This document shows positions 18,536 through 26,442 of a DNA stretch of 64,000 bases, in pieces (within the stretch, counting starts at the first letter, position 1; each line of letters starts with the position of its first letter). The notes under the pieces are model-generated. The model was not told where the DNA came from and searched no databases. It saw nothing but the letters and a program-made list of their open reading frames with translations. Position numbers and translations under genes: made by a program. Origin of the DNA: Candidatus Woesearchaeota archaeon (GTDB taxonomy: Archaea; Nanobdellota; Nanobdellia; Woesearchaeales; GW2011-AR9); the NCBI GenBank assembly GCA_018657845.1, contig JABHWJ010000020.1, positions 190-64,189 on the forward strand. Reading direction: 5' to 3'.

Positions 18536-18886
18536 TCACCAAATAACTGATTGTTGACAATAATTGTAAGCCTTATCATTCAACCAATATTTTAACACCT
18601 TTCCTTCTCCAGTCTTACAAACCCAATCAACATCCCAATCTTCTAATCCTTCTACAACTAATTCGCAACCCAGTTGCTTTCTCACTTCCAAACAACAGGA
18701 ATCAATATCTCCCCACAAAGAATAATCTTCTTTCCAATTAACTACGCAGACTGGTTCTTCTTTATCCAGGAATAATTTTGCCTGTCCTAGTGAAGGTAAT
18801 TCCACTCCAAAAAGATTGATTAACAACAAAACTGCAATCAACCCCAATGAAACATTAATTATTGCCATCACTTTATCGGAAGCCAT
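18536..18886 (-). CDS. Small secreted/anchored Cys-rich protein (116 aa), unknown function
   Basis: The track ORF starts at 18958. I prefer Met25 (MASDKVMAIINVSLGLIAVLLLINLF) at 18886, which lies about 25-30 nt downstream of a minus-strand tatatataa element. Seven Cys follow the TM helix. The gene is 15 nt upstream of the GH3 gene on the same strand. Confidence 0.5.
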   Translation of the reverse strand: MASDKVMAIINVSLGLIAVLLLINLFGVELPSLGQAKLFLDKEEPVCVVNWKEDYSLWGDIDSCCLEVRKQLGCELVVEGLEDWDVDWVCKTGEGKVLKYWLNDKAYNYCQQSVIW

Positions 18887-18986
18887 CTTTAGAAATAATG
18901 AAAAATTATATATAAAACTATCTCCTTCTAAATGAAATAAACAACATAATTGAAACAATAAAAAATAAAAAACAAGAGGTAAAAAA

Positions 18987-19220
18987 ATGACTGTTAAAGT
19001 TTATTCTACACCTACATGTCCCTGGTGTAAAAAATTAAAAGCGTGGTTAAAAGAAAATAAAATTGCCTTCAAAGATCTCAATGTTGCTGAAGACGAAAAA
19101 GCTAGAGCGGAAATGATTGAGAAATCTGGTCAGATGGGCGTTCCTGTAACTGACATTAATGGAACAATTACTGTTGGCTTTGATGAAAAGAAACTTGAAG
19201 AATTATTAAAGAAAAAGTAA
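18987..19220 (+). CDS. Glutaredoxin-like / NrdH-like thioredoxin-fold protein (CPWC)
   Basis: VKVYSTPTCPWCKKLKAWLKENKIAF...GVPVTDING...VGFD has the classic Grx fold pattern with a CPWC active site. Confidence 0.85.
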   Translation: MTVKVYSTPTCPWCKKLKAWLKENKIAFKDLNVAEDEKARAEMIEKSGQMGVPVTDINGTITVGFDEKKLEELLKKK

Positions 19221-19244
19221 TTATTTTTTTATTATTATTTGTTA

Positions 19245-19700
19245 CTACTGTTCTATTTTTATTTTATCTGGCAGTTGATAAATTAACGAACCTTCTTGTA
19301 AATGGTAATCGATTACTAAGGCAGTTAACCCCATATCTATCACTCTCGACCTAGACCACATCGATCTTCCAGAAAGAAAATCAAAACATTCTTTATTTTT
19401 TGCTGCAGATTCGAGATATTGACACAAATCATCCCTATACAAAAATTCTTGTAAAATTCCTCTAGTTAAAGTATACTCTGGAAGTTCTTGTCTTCCGGCA
19501 TATAATGATTCAATATGTTCCGAAAGATAGAAACCCATCAAGTTATCAAGAAAACCTGCCGGAATTGCGCCTTTAAACCTTTCTGAAACTTTTAATTTTG
19601 GATGTTCATCGGGTGCCGGATTTCTAAGCACACCTACATTTATCGCATCAATAAACAATTCCAAAACATCATTATCCGAATTAACATCAAATAAAACCAT
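19245..19700 (-). CDS. Hypothetical protein (151 aa)
   Basis: An ORF of reasonable length in an otherwise unoccupied interval. No motif recognised. Confidence 0.5.
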   Translation of the reverse strand: MVLFDVNSDNDVLELFIDAINVGVLRNPAPDEHPKLKVSERFKGAIPAGFLDNLMGFYLSEHIESLYAGRQELPEYTLTRGILQEFLYRDDLCQYLESAAKNKECFDFLSGRSMWSRSRVIDMGLTALVIDYHLQEGSLIYQLPDKIKIEQ

Positions 19701-19753
19701 AAAAAATAAAAATAAAAAGAGTTTATATTAATTTCGTTAGTACAATACTTAAT

Positions 19754-20698
19754 TCATAACTTTTTCAAAACTTCTTTTGGATCTTTTCCTTCAAAAAGTA
19801 TCTCATACAAACCAGTTATCAAGGGTAACTCTAATCCAAACTTTTTCTTCAATCCAATTGCTTCCTTCAAGGTTGTTACTCCTTCAGCCACCATCGCCAT
19901 TTCATCAATCACTTCTTGCAACTTTCTCCCTTGACCCACTTCTTTACCAACTTTCCGATTTCTAGAATGCTCACTATTACAAGTAACAATTAAATCTCCC
20001 ACTCCTGCTAAACTCAAAAAAGTTTCTTCCTTTGCACCATAAGCAATTCCAACTTTCTTAATCTCTTCCAATCCACGAGTCATAATAAATGCTTGAGCAT
20101 TATCTCCTAAGCCCATTCCATCTAACACTCCCACAAACACGGCTACAACATTCTTCAACGCCGCTGCCACTTGCACCCCAATAATATCTTCTGTCAAATC
20201 AACAACCAAGTTCTCAGATTCAATAAGCTTACCTAACTCCTCCCTGCCTTCTCCTCCAGCTAACACGATTCCCGAAAACATTTTTTTACAAACTTCTTCT
20301 GCATGAGTTGGCCCATAAAGACAATACACTTCTCCCTTGACCTTCTCACCAATAACTTCACTAAGCAATCTTAAATCAGAACCAAAACCTTTTGAACAAA
20401 TAATAACTTCTTGTCCTTTCAAAAACTGAACAGATTGTTCCATTGTTTTCTCAGCATGATTTGAAGGAACCACCAACAATACTAACTCAGTCCCAGGAAT
20501 AACTTCTTCCATTTTATGGGAAGCAAAGATATTCTCGGGTAACTTTGCATCTGGCAATAATCTACAAACTCTTTCTTCTTGCATTTCCTTTGCTTGTTCT
20601 TCAATAAATTCCCAGACTTTGATTTCGTGACCATTTCCAGCCAGGTGCACAGCCAAAGCTGTCCCCCAACTTCCTCCACCCAAAATTGCGATTTTCAT
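19754..20698 (-). CDS. gpsA: NAD(P)H-dependent sn-glycerol-3-phosphate dehydrogenase (bacterial GpsA type)
   Basis: MKIAILGGGSWGTALAVHLAGNGHEIKVWE is the Rossmann motif. GPTHAEEV and CNSEHSRNRKVGKEVGQG match the GpsA blocks GPSfA.EV and S..SRNr..G..lg.G. Confidence 0.88.
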   Translation of the reverse strand: MKIAILGGGSWGTALAVHLAGNGHEIKVWEFIEEQAKEMQEERVCRLLPDAKLPENIFASHKMEEVIPGTELVLLVVPSNHAEKTMEQSVQFLKGQEVIICSKGFGSDLRLLSEVIGEKVKGEVYCLYGPTHAEEVCKKMFSGIVLAGGEGREELGKLIESENLVVDLTEDIIGVQVAAALKNVVAVFVGVLDGMGLGDNAQAFIMTRGLEEIKKVGIAYGAKEETFLSLAGVGDLIVTCNSEHSRNRKVGKEVGQGRKLQEVIDEMAMVAEGVTTLKEAIGLKKKFGLELPLITGLYEILFEGKDPKEVLKKL

Positions 20699-20737
20699 AT
20701 TTTAACAAAACCTCTTTTAGTTTAAATAAATTCTGCA

Positions 20738-21229
20738 TCACTCTACTACAATTATTCCAGTTTTGCCTATTACTATCCCATCCACATAAGTAAATCTTCC
20801 TTTTTCAGAGAACGTCCACCTAAATTCCTCACCCTCATTCAAAAACCCACTATTAATATTAGAAATCTTCCTCATTCCTCTAATTAAAACAGCAGTATAT
20901 TTCCTTGAATTTTTCCAACTCACTTCTTGTCCCACTTTAACTATTACCTCCTCTGGCTCAAAACCATCTTCAGTAACCATTATTTCCATTGGTTCAAAAT
21001 TCCAAGAACTCTCTTCATTTATGTATGGTTGATATTTCAAAAAAATCTCATCTTCTTCTTTTTTTATCTCTTCATTATTTAATCTAACAAATTTACTAAT
21101 CTCACAAGCATCTTCTCGACAATAATCAAAAAATGTTTCTCCTAAAACCAATTCCAAATTAACCACAAAACAAAAAACTACTATTAAACCTATAAGTATT
21201 CTTTTCAAACATCTCACCTTTCCTAACAA
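20738..21229 (-). CDS. Membrane-anchored/secreted protein, possibly cupredoxin-like beta-sandwich (tentative)
   Basis: N-terminal helix is ILIGLIVVFCFVVNLELVLG. The C-terminus, EEVIVKVGQEVSWKNSRKYTAVL...GEEFRWTFSEKGRFTYV, resembles cupredoxin-like domains, but no Cu ligands were seen. Confidence 0.4.
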   Translation of the reverse strand: MLGKVRCLKRILIGLIVVFCFVVNLELVLGETFFDYCREDACEISKFVRLNNEEIKKEEDEIFLKYQPYINEESSWNFEPMEIMVTEDGFEPEEVIVKVGQEVSWKNSRKYTAVLIRGMRKISNINSGFLNEGEEFRWTFSEKGRFTYVDGIVIGKTGIIVVE

Positions 21230-21300
21230 CTCACCAAACCATTATATATAGTTAATGAAACAAAAAATATATATACTTTCTACGCTCCCACTTCTTAAAA

Positions 21301-21564
21301 ATGAATGTAAACCTTTATGTGGTCCCCACTTGTTTGTGGTGTAAGAAGGCCAGAAATTTCCTCAAAAAGAAAAAAATTCCTTTCGAAGAACTAGATATTA
21401 ATGAAGAATCCCAATATCGAGAAGAAATCTTAGAAAAAACTAGTCAAATGGCCGTCCCAGTTATCGAGATTGATGGAGAAATTATCATCGGCTACAAAGA
21501 ACAAGAGATCAATGAACTAATCAAAAAAACTAAAGCAAATAACAAATTAGAAGAGGATATTTAA
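21301..21564 (+). CDS. Glutaredoxin-like thioredoxin-fold protein (CLWC)
   Basis: LYVVPTCLWCKKARNFLKKKKIPFEELDI...AVPVIEIDGEIIIGY has the Grx fold pattern. Confidence 0.82.
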   Translation: MNVNLYVVPTCLWCKKARNFLKKKKIPFEELDINEESQYREEILEKTSQMAVPVIEIDGEIIIGYKEQEINELIKKTKANNKLEEDI

Positions 21565-21565
21565 A

Positions 21566-21802
21566 ATGGTAAAATACAAAGTAACCCTTTTGAAAAATGA
21601 GTGTATTATGTGTGGTGCTTGTGCCGCAATCTGTCCAGATTTCTTTGAAATGGATGAAGATAATGTTTCTCATCTCAAGAACAGTATCCAAAATGGCGAC
21701 AAATGGGAATTAATTATAAATACCGAAAATGAAAAAGCAGAAATTCAAGAAGCTGTTGATGCTTGTCCAGTCGACATCATCAAAATCGAAGAAGAAAATT
21801 AA
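21566..21802 (+). CDS. Small ferredoxin (Fe-S cluster protein)
   Basis: CIMCGACAAICP...AVDACPVDII carries a CxxCxxC...CP cluster motif. It starts 1 nt after the stop of the Grx-like gene. Confidence 0.75.
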   Translation: MVKYKVTLLKNECIMCGACAAICPDFFEMDEDNVSHLKNSIQNGDKWELIINTENEKAEIQEAVDACPVDIIKIEEEN

Positions 21803-21812
21803 TTCTAATTTT

Positions 21813-22094
21813 TTATCTTACTTTATGTTCTTTTCTTAATTCATTAGCATATACTACTTGATGTTGTCTCAATTTTGTTAAAATGCGATTATGTTTCTTT
21901 AATAAAGTTCTAATATCTTCTCCTGCCTCTGCATGTCTTTTGGCATGTTTGTGAACACGCCCAAAATCACTCTCTCGCTCACCTCTCTTTTTATGCTTCT
22001 CTGCATTTTTACTCAACCGTTTCAATTTCTTATTTAAAACAATCAACTCTTTAGAATGAACATACAAATATGCTGCATGATTAACCAAGCTCAT
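21813..22094 (-). CDS. Hypothetical basic helical protein (93 aa)
   Basis: K/R/H-rich ORF. A minus-strand ttttataaag TATA lies about 25 nt upstream of the ATG. Confidence 0.45.
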   Translation of the reverse strand: MSLVNHAAYLYVHSKELIVLNKKLKRLSKNAEKHKKRGERESDFGRVHKHAKRHAEAGEDIRTLLKKHNRILTKLRQHQVVYANELRKEHKVR

Positions 22095-22125
22095 AACCCT
22101 AAGAATTACTTTTAACTTTATAAAA

Positions 22126-22800
22126 CTATTTTTTCTTCACAATAATCATACAATGATCTAATTGGAAAGGTTCCAAAGATTTAAAGTCAGCTACAATAAA
22201 CTCTTTTTCCAACTCTTGGCGAATCTCATTAAAAATACCTTTTGGCTTCCGCTTCACATCAATACTTCTTGCCTTCACTGCCAATAATCCATAGCCATCT
22301 TTCTTCAAAAACATTTTACAATTTTTGATAAATATCTCTGCTTGATTTTTTTGAGCAATATCTTGGTATACAATATCTACCAAACAAACCTTGTCTACAT
22401 ACTCCTCTGGGTGATTTGCATTAGATAACATGGGCACCAAATTTTTCCTATTCTCCGCCAAAAATACAAAATCCCTCATTACTCGAGGCGCAGGATCTAT
22501 TCCAAAAATTAATCCTTCTTCTCCCACTACATCAGAAAGATATGAACACGTATATCCATGTGAGGCTCCCAAATAAAGAATCACATCTCCTTTTCTTATC
22601 CCTATATTATGTGCTCCTTTCACAATCGCCGCCGCTAACTTACTTCGACGAGGTTCAAACTCTCGATAATCCACCCCACCATCTCTAACTACCCGTTCAC
22701 TAAATGGAGTTCCCTTAACAATACTTTTAGTATAAATCCTTTTACCTTTAATCTCTTGATAAATTTCAAAGATTTGATGATTCTTAATTTTCTTACTCAT
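22126..22800 (-). CDS. flpA: Fibrillarin (C/D box sRNP 2'-O-methyltransferase)
   Basis: SKLAAAIVKG, ILYLGASHGYTCSYLSDVVGEEGLIFGID, and VDIVYQDIAQKNQAEIF...LAVKARSIDV form the fibrillarin SAM-MTase signature. Confidence 0.92.
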   Translation of the reverse strand: MSKKIKNHQIFEIYQEIKGKRIYTKSIVKGTPFSERVVRDGGVDYREFEPRRSKLAAAIVKGAHNIGIRKGDVILYLGASHGYTCSYLSDVVGEEGLIFGIDPAPRVMRDFVFLAENRKNLVPMLSNANHPEEYVDKVCLVDIVYQDIAQKNQAEIFIKNCKMFLKKDGYGLLAVKARSIDVKRKPKGIFNEIRQELEKEFIVADFKSLEPFQLDHCMIIVKKK

Positions 22801-23726
22801 TGTCCAAATTTCTCCTCTAAATCTTTCTTATATTCTAATGCTTTAAACTCTCCCTTAAAATAATCTAAACGGATACACAAAATTAATTTATCTGCCAAAC
22901 TCCTAGCTACTTTCCCTCGTTCTTGTTTCTTAGCATTTTGGATAAGTGGATGATTGATTATAACTCCATATTTGGGACTCTTTGACCCGGTTTTAATATG
23001 TCTAAACAAAGCTTTCTCTGCCCCTAATAATTGTATTGTAGAAGCAGGCAACATAGCTAAATGTTTCAAACTTCTACCCAATTCAAACAATTTCGCCCCA
23101 ATAGTTACTCCAGCTAAAGCGAGTAAATTTGGACAATATGTTTTCATTATTTTCTGTAAATAATCTTCATGTTTTTTTCTCAAAGAATGCAAGCTTAAAA
23201 TTTCGTTACCCAGTAAAATCATCTCCCTAACATCCTCTTTACCTAAATCACTCCCCATTGTATCTTCTATTCCCAATTCTTTCATCAAATCTTTCTTGCT
23301 TCTCTCAACAATTAATTCTGTAAATTTCTCATTATCTTCTAAAGACTCCGCAAACTCCGGCAAATACCAAGAATACCATTCTCTCAAACGACGAGATAAC
23401 AGATTACAAACCTTATCCAACTCAATATAATTACTTATTGCTTGTATTATTAATAGGTCTTCAGAAACAGAACTCTTAATTTTTTTTTTAGTTAATACTA
23501 AATTCTGATTATAAAACTGAGTAAAATAATCTTTCTTCTTCAAAAAAGCTAGAACTTCTCCTAATTTCTCTTCAGGAACCTTCTTCAAATCTTTATACTT
23601 TTTCTTTAATCCTTCTTCAACACTCTTTCCACTTAACTTCCCTTTCTTAAATCTAACTTCTTCTACTAAGTTAAAATTGTTATCAAAAACAAAACTTCCT
23701 ACAATACTAGTAAATAAATACTTCAT
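22797..23726 (-). CDS. nop5: Nop5 (Nop56/58 homolog), C/D box sRNP core protein
   Basis: The NOP domain is LLALAGVTIGAKLFELGRSLKHLAMLPASTIQLLGAEKALFRHIKTGSKSPKYGVIINHP. The track start at 23789 was trimmed to Met22 (MKYLFTSIVGSFVF) at 23726, which is typical of Nop5 and lies about 25 nt from a tatatataaatatt element. A 4-nt overlap with fibrillarin is seen. Confidence 0.88.
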   Translation of the reverse strand: MKYLFTSIVGSFVFDNNFNLVEEVRFKKGKLSGKSVEEGLKKKYKDLKKVPEEKLGEVLAFLKKKDYFTQFYNQNLVLTKKKIKSSVSEDLLIIQAISNYIELDKVCNLLSRRLREWYSWYLPEFAESLEDNEKFTELIVERSKKDLMKELGIEDTMGSDLGKEDVREMILLGNEILSLHSLRKKHEDYLQKIMKTYCPNLLALAGVTIGAKLFELGRSLKHLAMLPASTIQLLGAEKALFRHIKTGSKSPKYGVIINHPLIQNAKKQERGKVARSLADKLILCIRLDYFKGEFKALEYKKDLEEKFGQ

Positions 23727-23804
23727 AATTATTCGATTTACAAAAAGATATATAAATATTCCCTGTCCTTTCGCCTTCACAACCAGCAAAGGTATGTTAA
23801 TCTA

Positions 23805-24080
23805 ATGAAAGACCAATTTATCAAAAATGACTGTCTCAAAAATTGCCTCTCTTGTTCTACAGCGTTAAAAGAAGAAAATTGGAATTCTATTTGGGAAGGA
23901 GAACACCATTATAAAACTAACACCTGCAATAATTGTGGAGAAAAATCCTGGATCAAAGTTAATTTTGATGGATCTGGAGATGATGACTGGAAACCTTTAG
24001 AACAAGAGAAAGAAGAACCAAATCTTGATGGTTTAATTGGCGCCACCAAATTAAATAAAAGTTTTGTTAGAGAGGGATAA
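23805..24080 (+). CDS. Small zinc-ribbon protein (91 aa), unknown function
   Basis: Carries two CxxC pairs, CLSCSTAL and CNNCGEKSW. Confidence 0.5.
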   Translation: MKDQFIKNDCLKNCLSCSTALKEENWNSIWEGEHHYKTNTCNNCGEKSWIKVNFDGSGDDDWKPLEQEKEEPNLDGLIGATKLNKSFVREG

Positions 24081-24110
24081 CTCTCTAAATTGAATTCTCC
24101 TCGATTTTAG

Positions 24111-24123
24111 AAACCTTTATAAA
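24111..24123 (+). promoter_or_regulatory. Putative BRE/TATA promoter of the ribosomal superoperon
   Basis: aaacctttataaa is identical to the 13-mer at 39436-39448 upstream of L34e. It lies about 243-255 nt upstream of the L3 ATG, implying a ~220-nt leader. Confidence 0.45.
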
Positions 24124-24345
24124 CAACCTCTTCTCCCAAGCCATAACTTAATCGAATCATGATCACACTGCTCTTAAAGAGTAAATGAATATGGTTTTAT
24201 TTGGCCTGAAAAAGTGAACATCCCCAATCTCAGATTCTGGATGTGATCTGCAATAGGCTGTTTAACACAAACAATGGAGACAAAGTATTATCATCTTTGT
24301 GACACTAAGCTTACAGAGTAAGCGCACGTGGCACATCTTTGGATG

Positions 24346-24365
24346 GTAACCTTTGTAAAGGTTAC
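24346..24365 (+). promoter_or_regulatory. Perfect 9-bp inverted repeat/hairpin ending at the base before the L3 start codon
   Basis: gtaaccttt gt aaaggttac is immediately followed by ATG (24366). It is a candidate translational operator or protein-binding palindrome. Confidence 0.4.
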
Positions 24366-25328
24366 ATGGGAAAAGCACATGCGTCAAGACGTGGAAGTAT
24401 GCAGTTCTGGCCGAGAAAACGGTCCAGGCACAATCTAGCTAGAATTAGATCTTGGCCCAGTAACAATGTCGCCAAACCATTAGGGTTTATTGGTTATAAA
24501 GCGGGAATGACCCACCTTATGGCGGAAGACAACCATCCAAAATCCATTACCAAAGGTCAAGAAATTTCTCTTCCTACCACAATTATCGATTGCCCACCAA
24601 TGTTTGTTTGTGGCGTTTCATTCTATAAAAAATCAATTCTTGGTTTACAAAAATCTTCTCAAATTTTTGCTGAAAAATTAAACAAAGACCTTTCTCGAAA
24701 AATTCAACTTCCTAAGAAAACAATTAATAAAATAAATGACATCACTGAATTTGCTGATCTTAGACTATTAGTACAAAGTCAACCTAAATTAACAACTACG
24801 GGAGATAAAAAACCACGATTACTTGAAATCGCTTTAGGCGGATCCAAAGAAGACAAACTTGCTTATGCTAAAGAAAAATTAGGACAAGAAATCAAAATTG
24901 AAGAAGTTTTAAACGAAGGTGATGCCTTAGATGTTCATGGAATCACTAAAGGTAAAGGATTCCAAGGAACAGTTAAGAGATTTGGAGTAATGGTCAGATC
25001 CCATAAAGCTGAAAAAACAAAACGAGGAATTGGAAACTTAGGAGCTTGGACCCCTAAAAGAGTGGATTATCGTGTTCCTCAGCCCGGAAAAATGGGTTTT
25101 CACTTAAGAACCGAATATAATAAACAAATTTTAAAAATTTCCTCTAATCCTGAAGAAGTAAACTCTAAACGTGGATTACATAAATATGGACTTATCAAAT
25201 CATCTTTCCTTTTAATTAAAGGGTCAGTTCCTGGACCAAGAAAAAGAGCATTAGTCTTGATTCCTACAATTCGACCTAACAAAAAAACTCACCCTGAAGC
25301 TCCAGCTATCAGTTATATTGCTAAATGA
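24366..25328 (+). CDS. rpl3: Ribosomal protein L3
   Basis: MGKAHASRRGSMQFWPRKRSRHNLARIRSWPS aligns with archaeal L3 N-termini (M..k.rPRrGSl.f.PRKRa...p.irsWP). The track start at 24339 was trimmed by 9 codons. Confidence 0.92.
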   Translation: MGKAHASRRGSMQFWPRKRSRHNLARIRSWPSNNVAKPLGFIGYKAGMTHLMAEDNHPKSITKGQEISLPTTIIDCPPMFVCGVSFYKKSILGLQKSSQIFAEKLNKDLSRKIQLPKKTINKINDITEFADLRLLVQSQPKLTTTGDKKPRLLEIALGGSKEDKLAYAKEKLGQEIKIEEVLNEGDALDVHGITKGKGFQGTVKRFGVMVRSHKAEKTKRGIGNLGAWTPKRVDYRVPQPGKMGFHLRTEYNKQILKISSNPEEVNSKRGLHKYGLIKSSFLLIKGSVPGPRKRALVLIPTIRPNKKTHPEAPAISYIAK

Positions 25329-26137
25329 AAATGAAATTACCACTACATGACCTAAAGAACCAGAAAAAATCTGAAGTAGAACTTCCTCTTCAATTTGAAG
25401 AAGAATATCGTCCAGATTTAATCAAAAGATCAGTGTTATCTCTACAGAGTAAATCTCGTCAGAAATACGGAGCTTCTCCCGAAGCAGGTATGCGTCATTC
25501 TGCCGAACTTAGTAGAAGAAGAAGAAAATACCGTGGTTCTTACGGATTGGGTATCTCTAGAGTAACTAGAAAAATCCTTTCTAGAAGAGGAACAAGAATG
25601 TATTGGGTAGGTGCACTTGCTCCTAGTACTGTTGGTGGTAGAAGAGCTCACCCACCTAAAGCAGAGAAAAACTGGGAACAAAAAATAAATAAAAAAGAAA
25701 ATCGAAAAGCTATCCGATCTGCAATGGCTGCTACCTTAAATAAAGACTTAGTACAACAAAGAGGTCATCACTTACCAGAAAGTTATCCTTTTATTATTGA
25801 TAATTCCTTAGAACAAATCTCTAAAACCAAAGAAATTAAAGAAACTTTAGAAAGCCTAGGATTTACTAAAGAACTAGAGAGATCTGCTATTAAAAAAATC
25901 CGTGCTGGAATGGGTAAACTTCGAGGAAGAAAATATCAAAAGAAAAAAGGCCCATTAATAGTTGTTGGAGAAGATTGCCCTTTAACTAAAGCTGCTAAAA
26001 ATATTCCAGGGATCGAAATCGTTCGAGCAGATCAAATAAATACCCACTTACTTGCTCCAGGTACTGCTCCCGGCAGAGTCACCATTTGGACAGATAACGC
26101 AATTAAACAAATCACTGAAAAAAAATTATTCATATAA
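25325..26137 (+). CDS. rpl4: Ribosomal protein L4 (L4/L1e)
   Basis: YRPDLIKRSVLSLQSKSRQKYGASPEAGMRHSAELSRRRRKYRGSYGLGISRV is the L4 signature. ATGA overlap with L3. Confidence 0.9.
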   Translation: MKMKLPLHDLKNQKKSEVELPLQFEEEYRPDLIKRSVLSLQSKSRQKYGASPEAGMRHSAELSRRRRKYRGSYGLGISRVTRKILSRRGTRMYWVGALAPSTVGGRRAHPPKAEKNWEQKINKKENRKAIRSAMAATLNKDLVQQRGHHLPESYPFIIDNSLEQISKTKEIKETLESLGFTKELERSAIKKIRAGMGKLRGRKYQKKKGPLIVVGEDCPLTKAAKNIPGIEIVRADQINTHLLAPGTAPGRVTIWTDNAIKQITEKKLFI

Positions 26138-26138
26138 C

Positions 26139-26441
26139 ATGGCTAAAAAAACTCAAACAGAATCTGTACCAAAGGATAACTTTGACCCATACCAAATAGT
26201 CAAATATCCTTCTTCAACAGAAAAAAGTATTCGTCAGATTGAGTTTGGTAACAAATTAACTTTTGTAGTTGATTCCCAAGCAAAAAAACCGGAGATCAAA
26301 CGAGCAATAGAGGAACTCTTCAAAGTTAAAGTAGTGAAAGTTAACATTCAAAATTCGCCAAAAGGAAAAAAATTAGCTTACGTTAAACTTTCTCCAGAAA
26401 GTCTAGCTTCAGATGTAAGCGCAGAATTAGGACTAATATAA
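26139..26441 (+). CDS. rpl23: Ribosomal protein L23
   Basis: PYQIVKYPSSTEKSIRQIEFGNKLTFVVDSQAKKPEIKRAIEELFKVKVVKVN matches L23. The track start at 26052 lies inside L4, so it was trimmed to the ATG 1 nt after the L4 stop. Confidence 0.9.
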   Translation: MAKKTQTESVPKDNFDPYQIVKYPSSTEKSIRQIEFGNKLTFVVDSQAKKPEIKRAIEELFKVKVVKVNIQNSPKGKKLAYVKLSPESLASDVSAELGLI

Positions 26442-26442
26442 A

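Noticed and set aside
24160-24215. Possible C/D box sRNA in the L3 leader (atgatca ... ctga).
   Set aside because: The C box is imperfect (AUGAUCA). No convincing C'/D' pair is present at the canonical ~12-nt guide spacing. No terminal stem was found. The evidence is not strong enough to call.
24339-24365. ORF-track N-terminal extension of L3 (MDGNLCKGY...). Analogous upstream starts occur for L23 (26052), S17 (29933), L14e (39790), Nop5 (23789), PheT (43479) and the Cys-rich protein (18958).
   Set aside because: Homologous N-termini begin at the internal Met. The extensions overlap the preceding gene or a promoter or hairpin. Operon geometry (ATGA overlaps, 1-nt spacers, TATA distance) fits the shorter forms.
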